A stretch of 64,000 nucleotides of DNA from an uncultured Verrucomicrobiae bacterium (lineage in GTDB: Bacteria > Verrucomicrobiota > Verrucomicrobiia > Chthoniobacterales > UBA10450), in assembly GCA_963834385.1 (NCBI GenBank), contig CAWIBO010000001.1, positions 1 through 64,000 on the forward strand, given 5' to 3'. This document shows positions 22,459 through 32,464 of this stretch, in pieces. The notes under the pieces are model-generated. The model worked only from the letters and a program-made list of their open reading frames with translations. It was not told the DNA's origin and did not search any database. Position 1 is the stretch's first letter. Each line of letters starts with the position of its first letter. Made by a program: the position numbers and the translations under genes.

Positions 22459-23592
22459 ATGCAGATGCCCACCCTGCAAATGCTGGAACAGCCGCTCTTC
22501 GAGCTGCGGGGCCACTGGGTCTCCCCTCTCGGTCTGCTCGGGTTTATCGGCCTGTTCCTGACCGGCCTGCTGGTGGCCCGCCTGCTCCAGAGCAATTTCA
22601 TCCGCCGCTTCCTGGGGCGGTTCCGGGTCGAGGGCAAGTTCATCGCCATCGTCACCACCATCCTGAGCGTGGCCTCGATCGCCTTCTTCACGGTCACCGC
22701 CGTGAACGTCGCCGGCCTCCCGCTCTCCTGGTCCTCCCCGCTGCCGGCCATCGGGCTGAGCCTCGTCCAGATCTTCCTGCTCATCGCCCTCCTCGTGGCC
22801 GTTTTTTGGTTCTCCTCCACGACCAAGCGTTTCCTCTTTAATCGCCTCCTCGCCAACAGCGGCCTCGACCGCTCGCTCCAGTACGCCCTTGCCCAGATCA
22901 TCAGCAACGCCGTCCTCGTCCTCGGCATCTTCCTCGTGCTCGAGAACGCCGGCATTCATCTCGGCGCGCTCACCGTCTTCGCCGGCGCGGTCGGTGTCGG
23001 CGTCGGCTTCGGTCTCCAGAACGTGGTCAGCAATTTCATCAGCGGCCTGGTCATCCTGGCCGAGCGCCCGATCACCATCGGCGACCGGGTGGAGGTGAGT
23101 GGCGTGGCCGGCCAGGTCCAGCAGATCCGGGCCCGCAGCACGGTGATCGTGACCAACGACAACATCACCATGATCATCCCGAACTCGAAGTTCATCGAGG
23201 AACCGGTGACGAACTGGACCTGGGGCGATCCGCGGGTCCGGTTCCGCATCCCGATCGGCGTGGCCTATGGGAGCGACCTCGAGAAAGTGCGCGAAGCGCT
23301 CACGGCCGCGGCCGCGGAACATCCCAGCTCGCTGAAGGACCCGGCCCCGAGCGTTTTCTTCGAGAAATTCGGCGACAGCTCCCTCGACTTCGAGCTGGTG
23401 GTCTGGAGCGCCGAGATGAGCAACCGGCCACGCCGGTTCCGCAGCGATCTCAACTTCGCCATCGACCGCAAGCTGCGCGAAGCCGGCATCGAGATTCCAT
23501 TCCCGCAACGCGACATCAACTTCCGCAACGCCGCCAACGTCCGGCTCGATCGCGGCGGCCAGGAAGAGTCCGCGGCGGAAGAGAAAAGCTAG
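22459..23592 (+). CDS. MscS family mechanosensitive channel
   Basis: GVGFGLQNVVSNFISG, IGDRVE, IPNSKF, GIEIPFPQR. Confidence 0.92.
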   Translation: MQMPTLQMLEQPLFELRGHWVSPLGLLGFIGLFLTGLLVARLLQSNFIRRFLGRFRVEGKFIAIVTTILSVASIAFFTVTAVNVAGLPLSWSSPLPAIGLSLVQIFLLIALLVAVFWFSSTTKRFLFNRLLANSGLDRSLQYALAQIISNAVLVLGIFLVLENAGIHLGALTVFAGAVGVGVGFGLQNVVSNFISGLVILAERPITIGDRVEVSGVAGQVQQIRARSTVIVTNDNITMIIPNSKFIEEPVTNWTWGDPRVRFRIPIGVAYGSDLEKVREALTAAAAEHPSSLKDPAPSVFFEKFGDSSLDFELVVWSAEMSNRPRRFRSDLNFAIDRKLREAGIEIPFPQRDINFRNAANVRLDRGGQEESAAEEKS

Positions 23593-24296
23593 GCCGCCCG
23601 GCGGGCCTCGCGACGGCGCGGCGCCGCCGTTTCCTCCGGGGGTCGCGCTTCGCCAGTGCGGACGAAGACCTTCCCGCTCGGGCACAGGTCGAACACCTCG
23701 CAGGCGTGACAATCGGGTTTGCGCGCGAAACAGCGGCGACGCCCGTGCCAGATCAGCCAGTGGCTCCAGATGGCCCAGCGGTCGCGCGGCACCAGCTTCA
23801 TCAGGTCCGCTTCGATCTTCTCCGGGTCAGTCTGCCGGGTCAGCCGGAAACGCTGCGACAACCGCATGACGTGCGTGTCGACCACGACGCCCTCGTTGCG
23901 GTCAAAGGCGTTGCCCAGGACGACGTTGGCCGTTTTTCGGCCGACCCCGGGAAGCGCGTGCAGCTCTGCCATGGTGCCGGGAACCTCTCCTCCGTGCCGC
24001 TCAACGATGGCGGCCGCGGCCGCCCGGATGCTGCGGGCTTTGTTCCGGAAAAATCCAGTCGACCGGATCGCCTCCTCCAGTGCGTCCGCATCGGCTGCGG
24101 CATAATCCCGGGCACGCCGGTATTTCGCAAAGAGGGCCGGTGTCACCATGTTGACGCGTTTATCGGTGCATTGGGCGGAAAGGATCGTGGCGACCAGAAG
24201 CTCGAGCGGGCTGCTGAAATCGAGCTCGCAATGCGCGTCCGGGTAGACGCGCGGAAACGCCCGGACGAGGCGCGCGACCCGCTCGCGCGCGGTCAT
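23589..24296 (-). CDS. nth: endonuclease III
   Basis: LSAQCTD, HhH LPGVGRKTANV, C-X6-C-X2-C-X5-C cluster. Confidence 0.95.
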   Translation of the reverse strand: MTARERVARLVRAFPRVYPDAHCELDFSSPLELLVATILSAQCTDKRVNMVTPALFAKYRRARDYAAADADALEEAIRSTGFFRNKARSIRAAAAAIVERHGGEVPGTMAELHALPGVGRKTANVVLGNAFDRNEGVVVDTHVMRLSQRFRLTRQTDPEKIEADLMKLVPRDRWAIWSHWLIWHGRRRCFARKPDCHACEVFDLCPSGKVFVRTGEARPPEETAAPRRREARRAA

Positions 24297-24607
24297 GACT
24301 TCCGCGGGAACCGTTTGCGTCTCGCTTTTTCCACGAAAACGCTGCCGCGCCGGATGATGCGGCGCGCCCAGGCGTATTCGCTGGCGAGGATGGCCAGGCC
24401 GAGCGGAATCACGATGAAGGCCGGGCCCGGGAGAATCACCATGGCCAGGCCAATGAGCAGGACGGTGAGACCGATCACGGAGTAAAGCAGTTTGCGGATG
24501 ACCGGGACGCGGTTCAGGCCGAGGCGATCGTTCAGGCGATGGCGCCAGTTTGGGGGAATGATCCGGCGGGCGCGCGGTTCCCGGGGAGTTTCAACTTCCA
24601 TGCTCAA
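24293..24607 (-). CDS. PGPGW-domain small membrane protein
   Basis: LPGPAFIVIPLGLAILASEYAWAR; start could be 24601. Confidence 0.75.
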   Translation of the reverse strand: MSMEVETPREPRARRIIPPNWRHRLNDRLGLNRVPVIRKLLYSVIGLTVLLIGLAMVILPGPAFIVIPLGLAILASEYAWARRIIRRGSVFVEKARRKRFPRKS

Positions 24608-25883
24608 CTCCCTCAGGCTGGCCGTAGGCGGCCAGTTTTTGTTCCAGTTGCGCCGGGACGTGCGCGACGATCTCCGCCATGTCCTCCACGTAGCGCAGCT
24701 CGAGGACGTGGCCCACGCGATGAATCTCCGCGATCAGGCCGGACTCGGAAACCGGGACGCGAAATCTCGAGCGAAGGCGCCATGAGCCGAGTTCCTTCTC
24801 GAGGGCGGCGAGCAGGTCGTCGAACCCTTCGCCATGCCGGGCGGAGATGGCCACGCTGCCCGGGAAACGACGCCGGTAGGAATCAACCACGGCCCGGTCG
24901 GCCAGGGCGTCGATCTTGTTGAAGACCATCAGGGTATGTTTCCCGTAGGCGCCGAGTTCCTTCAGGACCGTCTCCACCGCCTCGATGTGTTCGTCCACGC
25001 GCGGATGGCTCAGGTCGATCACGTGCAGCAGCAGGTCGGCCTCCGTGACTTCTTCCAGGGTGGCCTTGAACGACTCGATCAGCGTGTGCGGCAGCTTGCG
25101 CAGGAAACCGACGGTGTCGGTGAGCAGAATGCGCTGCCGGTTCGGCAGGGTGAAACTCCGGGTGGTCGGGTCGAGGGTGGCGAAGAGTTTGTTCTCGGCC
25201 ACGACATCGGCGCCGGTGAGCAGGTTCAGCAGGGTGGATTTGCCCGCGTTGGTGTAGCCGACCACGGCGATCACGGGCCACTGGTGCCGCTTGCGGCCCT
25301 GGCGCTGGATGTCGCGATGTTTGCGCACCTGCTCCAGCTCCCGCTCCAGGCGGGCGATGCGTTCCTGCACGCGCCGGCGGTCCACCTCGAGCTGTGTTTC
25401 GCCCGGGCCGCGGGTCCCGATGCCGCCGGTCTGCCGGGAAAGGTGAGTCCACATGCGGGTCAGTCGCGGCAGCAGATACTGGAGCTGGGCCAGCTCGATC
25501 TGGAGGCGGCCTTCGCGGCTCCGGGCCCGCTGCGCAAAGATATCGAGGATGAGCTGGGTCCGGTCGAGCACCTTGCGCGAAAGCAGGTTCTCGAGGTTGC
25601 GTCCCTGCGCGGGCGACAATTCGTCATCGAAAATAACCGAGGTGACGACCTGGTTCTGGAACGATTCCTTGATCAGCTCCGCCTTGCCTTTGCCGATATA
25701 AAACGGGGCGGTCGGCCTGGGCAGTTTTTGAGTGACGGTATCGACCACCTCGGCCCCGGCCGAGCTGGCCAGTTCGCGCAGTTCCTCCATGGAATCGCGC
25801 AGGTCCCATTTCGAGATCCCGTCCTGTTCCAGGCCGATGAGCAGGGCCCGTTCCTGCTTTTTCTGCGGTGTAACTTCGATCAT
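24591..25883 (-). CDS. hflX: GTPase HflX
   Basis: GPGETQLE, GYTNAGKST, LFATLDPT, DTVGF, NKID. Confidence 0.97.
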   Translation of the reverse strand: MIEVTPQKKQERALLIGLEQDGISKWDLRDSMEELRELASSAGAEVVDTVTQKLPRPTAPFYIGKGKAELIKESFQNQVVTSVIFDDELSPAQGRNLENLLSRKVLDRTQLILDIFAQRARSREGRLQIELAQLQYLLPRLTRMWTHLSRQTGGIGTRGPGETQLEVDRRRVQERIARLERELEQVRKHRDIQRQGRKRHQWPVIAVVGYTNAGKSTLLNLLTGADVVAENKLFATLDPTTRSFTLPNRQRILLTDTVGFLRKLPHTLIESFKATLEEVTEADLLLHVIDLSHPRVDEHIEAVETVLKELGAYGKHTLMVFNKIDALADRAVVDSYRRRFPGSVAISARHGEGFDDLLAALEKELGSWRLRSRFRVPVSESGLIAEIHRVGHVLELRYVEDMAEIVAHVPAQLEQKLAAYGQPEGVEHGS

Positions 25884-26791
25884 TCCCTGGCGGCAAAGGC
25901 CTGCCGCGCCTTGCGCGTAATCCAGTCGACGGCTTCAGCGGAGCCTGTAAGCGATAAGTTCAGCGATTCAAAATTACCTTGGCCACGAAACCAGGTCAAC
26001 TGCCGCTTCGCGTAACGGCGCGTCTGCTGTTCGACCAGCGTCAGGCATTCGGCCTCGCTGATCTCACCCGCCAGCCATCGCCGAATCTCGCGCAGGCCGA
26101 GCGTTTTCTCCGCGGTCGGGCCGACCGCGCCCGCGCGCCGCACTTCCTCCGCCACGCCGCCCCGGAACATTTCCTCCACCCGCGCCCTGATCCGGCGCTG
26201 CAAATCGTCCCGGTCGCGCATCAGCAGGACCCCGGGCAGCGATTCATTTTTCCGGCCTGTGCGCAGACGGGAAACAGGCGCCCCGGCGAGCAGACAGATC
26301 TCGAGCGCGCGGGTGACCCGCCGCCGGTTGCAGCGATCAATCACCGCCGCGGTTGCCGGGTCGTGTTCCGCCAGCTTCGCATTGAGCTCAGGCAGGGAGA
26401 TCCCCTCCAGCTCCGCCCGCAGTTTCGGATCGCCCGGCGGCAGCGGGTCCAGACCCTGGAGAAGAGCGCGAAGATAAAGACCGCTTCCTCCAACGACCAG
26501 GACCGGCCGGCCCCGTTCGCTGATCTCCGCGATCGCCTCCCGGGCGAGCAGACGAAATTTCTCCGCGCTGCTCTCCTCCTCCAGCGACAGGACCCCGAGC
26601 AAATGATGCGGCACCTCTTCCTGCAAGGTGGCCGACGGCTGCGCCGTGAGCAGGGGCAGGCCGCGATAAAGCTGGAAGGCGTCCGCGCTCACGATCTCGG
26701 CCTGGAGCCGCCGGGCCACCGCCACCGCGAGCTCCGATTTGCCCGTCGCGGTCGGCCCGACCAGGCAGAAAACGTTGTCAGCCTCCGGCAT
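25880..26791 (-). CDS. miaA: tRNA dimethylallyltransferase
   Basis: GPTATGKS, SADAFQLY, VGGSGLY, TRRYAKRQLTWFR. Confidence 0.95.
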   Translation of the reverse strand: MPEADNVFCLVGPTATGKSELAVAVARRLQAEIVSADAFQLYRGLPLLTAQPSATLQEEVPHHLLGVLSLEEESSAEKFRLLAREAIAEISERGRPVLVVGGSGLYLRALLQGLDPLPPGDPKLRAELEGISLPELNAKLAEHDPATAAVIDRCNRRRVTRALEICLLAGAPVSRLRTGRKNESLPGVLLMRDRDDLQRRIRARVEEMFRGGVAEEVRRAGAVGPTAEKTLGLREIRRWLAGEISEAECLTLVEQQTRRYAKRQLTWFRGQGNFESLNLSLTGSAEAVDWITRKARQAFAARE

Positions 26792-26854
26792 AAAGCAAAA
26801 CCGGGAGACCGGCGCGCGGCGCCTGTCTCCCGGTCGCATTGCTAATCTGTCTGG

Positions 26855-27403
26855 TTAATCGCGCGGCGCCTGCTCGGTCGACTTGGCTCCGCTGACCACG
26901 AGCTTGCGCCCGAGGAACTCCTTGTCGTGGAGTTCGTCCACGGCGCGGCGGGCTTCGTCCACCGTCAGCATCTGGACAAAGGCAAAGCCCTTGGAGCGCT
27001 GGTTATGCTTGTAGGTTACGATTTCCGCGTTCTGCACCTGGCCGACGCCGTTGAAAAGCTCGAACAGGTCGCTTTCCGTGGCATCGAACGAGAGGTTGCC
27101 CACATACAGGCGGGGCGTGGTGACCTCGACCGTTTCAGGCTTGCGTGACGAACGTTCGGGGCGTTCCGAGCGTTCCGGGCGTTCGGCCCGTTCCGTTCGG
27201 TCCAGGCGCGCTCCGTTGCGCGCCGGAGCCGGCTTGTGATTGCCATTGCCGCCGAACAGGCTTTTCAGCCAGCCCAGGAACGTTTTCTTTTGCGGCGCCC
27301 TGGCCACCGCCCCACTCCGGTGACGCGTACGATCGGCGCCACCTCTCCGACGGGAACCGCCGCGCGAACGGCGCGGACCTCTCCCGGATTGATGAGATGT
27401 CAT
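26855..27403 (-). CDS. RRM (RNP-1) RNA-binding protein with Arg-rich N-terminal extension
   Basis: RNP2 LYVGNL and RNP1 KGFAFVQM. Confidence 0.9.
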   Translation of the reverse strand: MTSHQSGRGPRRSRGGSRRRGGADRTRHRSGAVARAPQKKTFLGWLKSLFGGNGNHKPAPARNGARLDRTERAERPERSERPERSSRKPETVEVTTPRLYVGNLSFDATESDLFELFNGVGQVQNAEIVTYKHNQRSKGFAFVQMLTVDEARRAVDELHDKEFLGRKLVVSGAKSTEQAPRD

Positions 27404-27696
27404 AATAATTCTCTGTGTTATACCAATTGTCTTCTGGGCGAAGCGCACCGGTGGGTGCACGGTCCGCGGCGGACAAACCCCGAGAGGTCCTTTGGAGCGA
27501 ATCGCGAACAAATCGCTCCGCCGCTGGAAACTTCACCGCTGTGCGCCGGCAAACGCCCTTGAGGAAACGGCACCCTGTCTTTTCAGGCCAACGGGCTGGC
27601 GAAATTGCCAGGCCTCGGATCGTATCCACGAGAGAAACGGATCGACGCTGGAAACAGAAAGCCGGAGTCTTGCAGACGAATCCCGACACGCCCCGA

Positions 27697-28734
27697 TTAT
27701 CCCTCTCCCCGGGGGAAAAGCAAGGGCGCAGCCGGGGTCGCCCGGACCGGGGCCGGCCCCCCTGTTCCCTCTTCCGCCGGGAAGCTCAGGCGGCTCCGGG
27801 CCCGGAACCATTCAATGAAGCGCGGCAACCCCTCCCGCAGGGAGGTTGTCGGCTGGTAGCCCAGGAGCCGCTTTGCCTTCGAGATGTCGGCACAGGTCAG
27901 GGGCACATCGCCCGGCTGTTCCGGGAGCTGCTGGATCACCGCTTTCCGCCCCAGCTGCTCCTCAATCGCCGCAATCAGCTCACGCAGCTCCACCGTCTCG
28001 CTCTCGCCCAGATTAAAGACGTCGAACATCCGGCCCTCGTAGGCGAGCGCGGCCGTCACCCCCTGGATGATGTCGTCGATGTAGGTGTAATCACGCCGGG
28101 TGCTGCCGTCGCCAAACTGGGTGATCGGTTTTCCCTCGGAAATCCGGCGGGTAAACTGGTGGATGGCGAGGTCGGGGCGCTGGCGCGGACCGTAGACAGT
28201 AAAGAACCGCAGGGCCACCACCCGCATCGCGTAAAGGTGCGAGTAGGTCGAGCAAAGGAATTCCGCGGCAATCTTGCTCGCCGCATACGGGCTGATCGTC
28301 TGTGTCAGATGCGCATCCTCGGAGAACGGCACCTGGTCGCAGAGACCGTAGACCGAGGAACTGGAAGCGAGGATGAACCGCCCGATCTCCTTCTCGCGCG
28401 CCGCCTCGAGGAGGTGCAACGTCCCCATCACGTTCGTGTCGTAGTAAAGCTGCGGCTGCGCCAGCGACGGTCGCACCCCCGCGCGCGCGGCGAGGTGGAC
28501 AATGGTGTCGAATTTTTCACCGGAAAAGACTGCCTGCACCGCCGCGCGGTCGCGCAGGTCCACCTGGTGCACCGCCACCTCCGGCTTTACCGCCGCGATG
28601 TTGTCGTGCTTGATTTGCGGGTCGTAAAAGTCGTTGAAATCGTCCAGGATGGAGACGGCGTGGCCGGAACGGAGCAGGTTCTCGACAAGATGTGAACCAA
28701 TGAAACCGGCGCCACCTGTAACCAAGACCCGCAT
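27697..28734 (-). CDS. NAD-dependent epimerase/dehydratase (UDP-glucuronate 4-epimerase-like)
   Basis: TGGAGFIG, HLAARAGVR, YAASK, RFFTVYGP, PGDV. Confidence 0.9.
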   Translation of the reverse strand: MRVLVTGGAGFIGSHLVENLLRSGHAVSILDDFNDFYDPQIKHDNIAAVKPEVAVHQVDLRDRAAVQAVFSGEKFDTIVHLAARAGVRPSLAQPQLYYDTNVMGTLHLLEAAREKEIGRFILASSSSVYGLCDQVPFSEDAHLTQTISPYAASKIAAEFLCSTYSHLYAMRVVALRFFTVYGPRQRPDLAIHQFTRRISEGKPITQFGDGSTRRDYTYIDDIIQGVTAALAYEGRMFDVFNLGESETVELRELIAAIEEQLGRKAVIQQLPEQPGDVPLTCADISKAKRLLGYQPTTSLREGLPRFIEWFRARSRLSFPAEEGTGGPAPVRATPAAPLLFPRGEG

Positions 28735-28749
28735 GGCGCGAGCGTAAGG

Positions 28750-29457
28750 ATGAACGAAACCCCCAGCAAGAGGAGAAGCCGGCGCGGCCTTTTCCTTGCC
28801 CTCTTTTTTTTCGCCGGCCTCGCGGGCGCCCTTTTTTACCGGGTCACCTCGGATTTCCCCGCGCCCCGCCCTTTCGAACCGATGCTGGCCCTGCCCTCGC
28901 CGCTGGAGCTGGCCACGCTCCCCACGGCCACGCGCTTTGATTTTCCTCTCGGGAGCGAACATGGCGCGATGGCCTACAACGCGCAGCCGTTCACGGAGAA
29001 CCGCCACCTCGGCGACGATTTGAACGGCATCGGCGGCGAGAACAGCGACCTCGGCGATCCCATCCATGCGATCGCCGACGGGCGCGTCCTCCTCGCGCGC
29101 GACGGCGGCCCGGGCTGGGGCAACCTCGTCATCCTCCTGCACGCCTACGAGGAGGAGGGCCGGCGCCGCTACCTGCAATCGTTCTACGGCCACTGCCAGG
29201 AGATCATGGTGCGCCCCGGCGAGGACGTCCGGCGGGGGCAGCAGATTGCCACGGTCGGGAACGCCGAGGGACGTTACTTCGCGCATCTTCACCTGGAACT
29301 GCGCGAGTTCACCACCCCGTTCATCGGGCCCGGCTATCGCGAGGATGCCAGCGGCTGGATTGATCCCGGCGCCTTCATCCGGGCGCACCGGGGCGCGCCG
29401 CCGGAGGACGTGGGCCGGCCGGTGCCCGCTCCCGCGGATCAGCGCGTGAGCAGGTAA
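28750..29457 (+). CDS. M23 family metallopeptidase
   Basis: HLGDD, YGH and HLH motifs; N-terminal TM. Confidence 0.85.
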   Translation: MNETPSKRRSRRGLFLALFFFAGLAGALFYRVTSDFPAPRPFEPMLALPSPLELATLPTATRFDFPLGSEHGAMAYNAQPFTENRHLGDDLNGIGGENSDLGDPIHAIADGRVLLARDGGPGWGNLVILLHAYEEEGRRRYLQSFYGHCQEIMVRPGEDVRRGQQIATVGNAEGRYFAHLHLELREFTTPFIGPGYREDASGWIDPGAFIRAHRGAPPEDVGRPVPAPADQRVSR

Positions 29458-29861
29458 ATCCAGTTCACCAGGAGGAGCCCGGCCACCACCCAGAGCACGC
29501 GCCGGCGCACGGCCGGCGTCAGGCCCGCCGCCCGCAACCGCGCCGTCCGTCCCAGCACGACCACGGCAGCATACAGATTGTAGACCGCGAGAAGAAGGAG
29601 CCCGCCGAGCGCGAGCGGGCTGAACGCCCAGGCCGCCGCGAGATCACCCCGCCACAACGCCAGGGTCGCGCGCGTGGTCCCGCAGGTCAGGCAGGGATAA
29701 CCGGTCAGCATTTGAAAGGAACAACGCGGCATCGGCAGATGCAGCCAAAGCCAGGCCGCGCCGACGAACACCGCCAGAACCGTCAGCGAAAGCCAGACCA
29801 ATTCGTGATCCAGTTCGCCCGGGCGCAGCCGTCGCCATTCCACCCGCATCCGGCCCGCCAT
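29439..29861 (-). CDS. DUF2752-like membrane protein
   Basis: CSF..LTGYPCLTCGTTRA; start could be 29849. Confidence 0.75.
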   Translation of the reverse strand: MAGRMRVEWRRLRPGELDHELVWLSLTVLAVFVGAAWLWLHLPMPRCSFQMLTGYPCLTCGTTRATLALWRGDLAAAWAFSPLALGGLLLLAVYNLYAAVVVLGRTARLRAAGLTPAVRRRVLWVVAGLLLVNWIYLLTR

Positions 29862-29867
29862 TTCCGC

Positions 29868-30746
29868 CTAGCTGAAGTTCGCCACCAGCACCGGGATGGC
29901 GATGGCGAGCAGAATCCCGCCCACGCAGCAAAGCGCAATCGGCAGCAGCACCGCCGCCACCGCGATTCCCGTGGTGGTCTGGTGCGTCTGCCGCAACCCG
30001 AGAATATAGAGCACCAGGCCCCAGACCGCGGAAATGACGCCGCCGCAAAACGGAATGATCTGCAGGATATTGGCCGAACCCGCCGCGTAACAAACAACAC
30101 GGAAAGTGGTTTCAAACGGTCGATTGGCCCCGCCCAGCATCATGAGGACCAGATGGAAAATGGCCGCGCTCAGGAACATCGTCAGGACGACGAAGAACGG
30201 CACCAGGAGCACCACCAGCAGGGTGACGCCTCCGGCGGCCATCATCCCGCCCAGAGCGTCCTGCCCGCCCAGGGCAAAACCGAAGGATTGCAACAGCATC
30301 TGAAAGGCAAACCCGATCAGCGCCCCGATCGATCCGCCGATGACCGCATAGATCAACGGCTCGCCCAGGCCGCCTTCGCGTTTCATGACCGTGAACGCCT
30401 CGATGGGACGCGTCAGCACGATCCCGATTGTCTGGATAAACGCCTGCACCAGGCCCAGCTCGGCCCGGCGTTCCCACGGAAGCCCGGAACCTTCCGGCGC
30501 CGCCGCCGCCGCCGAGATCGCCGGGACCATCGGAGGCAACCCAGCCGGCGTTGCCGCAACGGAAGGAGCCTCCGATTTGCCCGCGAGAAAATCTTCAAAC
30601 TCCGCCAGCGGCCGCCAGGTGGTCATCCCCTCGGTCCAGCCAAGGTCGGTCCCGATAAACTCGCCCGTGCGCAATCCCTCGCGCACCCGTTCGCGTTCGA
30701 ACTCTCCCAGGCTGGCGCCGCTGCGGCTCACGTGGATCAAGGCCAT
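29868..30746 (-). CDS. YIP1-family membrane protein with N-terminal GYF_2-like domain
   Basis: WTEGMTTWRPL N-terminus, GLPWE motif, multiple TM helices. Confidence 0.75.
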   Translation of the reverse strand: MALIHVSRSGASLGEFERERVREGLRTGEFIGTDLGWTEGMTTWRPLAEFEDFLAGKSEAPSVAATPAGLPPMVPAISAAAAAPEGSGLPWERRAELGLVQAFIQTIGIVLTRPIEAFTVMKREGGLGEPLIYAVIGGSIGALIGFAFQMLLQSFGFALGGQDALGGMMAAGGVTLLVVLLVPFFVVLTMFLSAAIFHLVLMMLGGANRPFETTFRVVCYAAGSANILQIIPFCGGVISAVWGLVLYILGLRQTHQTTTGIAVAAVLLPIALCCVGGILLAIAIPVLVANFS

Positions 30747-30801
30747 GCCGCGGATTTAAGGGACTCGCCCTCGGGAAGTCAATGACGCGGACGCGGCGGC
30801 G

Positions 30802-31425
30802 TCAGGCTCGCCCGGCGCGAGGCACCGCCGTTTCGAGCGCCCGCCAGAAATACCAGGCGGCGGCGGAACGATAAGGCTGGAAAACGCGCCCGGCTTTTTC
30901 CAGTTCCGCCGGCTTGGGCAGGCGGCGCTTGTTGAAGGTGAGAGCGTAACCTTTCTGCACGCCGTAATCGGTCACGGGCCAGACATCGGGCCGGCCCAGC
31001 TCAAAGAGAAGCAACATCTGCACGGTCCAGCGCCCGATGCCCCGGACCTGCACCAGCCGCTCGATGATCTCCTCGTCCGTCATCTTCGCCATGGCCCGCG
31101 CGGTCGGCACCACCCCTTCCACCGTTTTCGCCGCGAGGTCGTGCAATGCCGCCACCTTGCTGCGCGACAATCCGCAAGCCCGCAGTCTTTCCTCCGGCAC
31201 GGCCAAAACCTGCGCCGGATCGAGCCATTTGCCCGGGAAGAGCGCGCGGACCCGGCCCCAGATGGTGGCCGCGGCCTTGCCGCTCAGTTGCTGGTAGGCA
31301 ATCGACTCCGCCAGCGCATCGAACGGCCGGAAAACTGCCGGCGGCCTGGGCCGGTAACGCGGGGCGCGCGCAATCAGGGCGGCCAACCGCGGATCGCAGG
31401 AGGCCAGGTGCCGGTCGTGTTTCAC
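30802..31425 (-). CDS. DNA-3-methyladenine glycosylase II (AlkA family)
   Basis: IAYQQLS, RGIGRWT, DVWPVTD, PYRS. Confidence 0.9.
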   Translation of the reverse strand: MKHDRHLASCDPRLAALIARAPRYRPRPPAVFRPFDALAESIAYQQLSGKAAATIWGRVRALFPGKWLDPAQVLAVPEERLRACGLSRSKVAALHDLAAKTVEGVVPTARAMAKMTDEEIIERLVQVRGIGRWTVQMLLLFELGRPDVWPVTDYGVQKGYALTFNKRRLPKPAELEKAGRVFQPYRSAAAWYFWRALETAVPRAGRA

Positions 31426-31527
31426 CGGCCGTTTCTCTCGTCCATGGCGGCGCCTGCTGTCCAGTTCTCTTCCTCCCCGGCCGCAAATTCGTTGTCTCCC
31501 GGCGGCAAATCGGATTCAATCAGACGC

Positions 31528-32448
31528 ATGACGGTGCGCGGCGTCGTGGGGCTGGCCCTGCTTCTGGCTTTCGGCCCGCTGCTTTCGGCCGCACCCCTCA
31601 CCCAGGTCACCCGCTTCGAGCCGGAACGGGCGGACAAGCCGGTCCCGCTGGATGTCATCATCGCGGAAAGCAGTTACGTCTTCGGGAGCAGCATCGTCTG
31701 GGATGATGCCTCCGGCCGCCGCCTCGGGAAACAGGACGCCTTTTTCGCCAAGTTCGAGTACGGGCACCGCTTGAAGCTTTATGACCGCTGGCATCTCCGG
31801 CTCGGGTTTGCCTACGAGCGTTTCAATTTCGGCGGGAGCCGCGCCCCGGTGCCGGACCAGTTGCAGAGCGCCGCCGCCATGATCGGCCTCGAATGCATGC
31901 ACGGCCCCGATACGGGCGCGTTTCTCTACGTGAAACCCGGCTTTTACACTGAAAGCGATTTCGATTATGCCGCCTTTGATGCGCCCATCACCGTCGGCCG
32001 CATCTGGGTTTTGCAGGAGGAAAAACTTTATCTCCTGACCGGGGTCAACGCGGCCTTCCTGCGCGGACGGTTTCCCGTGCTGCCGTTTGCCGGCTTGATC
32101 TGGATCCCGCACGAAAAAATCCGCCTCATGGGCGTGGTGCCCGACCCGCGGCTGGTCTACCAGGCCACCGACGATCTCGAGCTCTGGGTGGGCGGCCAGT
32201 TTGTCGGCGGCTCCTTCCGGACGGATGCCCAGCGCGGGATTCGCCCGCGCCGGCTCCACCACGCGCAGGTGGATTATTCGGAGTATCGGGCCGGGCTCGG
32301 CCTGACCTACGCGCCGCGCGAGACCGTGTCGGTCACGCTCGGGGGCGGGTGTGCCATCCAGCGCTCCTTCGATTTCGAGCGCGCCGGGAAACATTATTCC
32401 ACCGAGCCCGCGCCTTACCTGCGGGTCGAGGTCAAGGCGCAGTTCTAG
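31528..32448 (+). CDS. outer-membrane beta-barrel (DUF6268-like)
   Basis: Signal peptide, amphipathic strands, C-terminal Phe; similar to 35714..36700. Confidence 0.65.
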   Translation: MTVRGVVGLALLLAFGPLLSAAPLTQVTRFEPERADKPVPLDVIIAESSYVFGSSIVWDDASGRRLGKQDAFFAKFEYGHRLKLYDRWHLRLGFAYERFNFGGSRAPVPDQLQSAAAMIGLECMHGPDTGAFLYVKPGFYTESDFDYAAFDAPITVGRIWVLQEEKLYLLTGVNAAFLRGRFPVLPFAGLIWIPHEKIRLMGVVPDPRLVYQATDDLELWVGGQFVGGSFRTDAQRGIRPRRLHHAQVDYSEYRAGLGLTYAPRETVSVTLGGGCAIQRSFDFERAGKHYSTEPAPYLRVEVKAQF

Positions 32449-32464
32449 GCGCCGGGCCCGCGCG

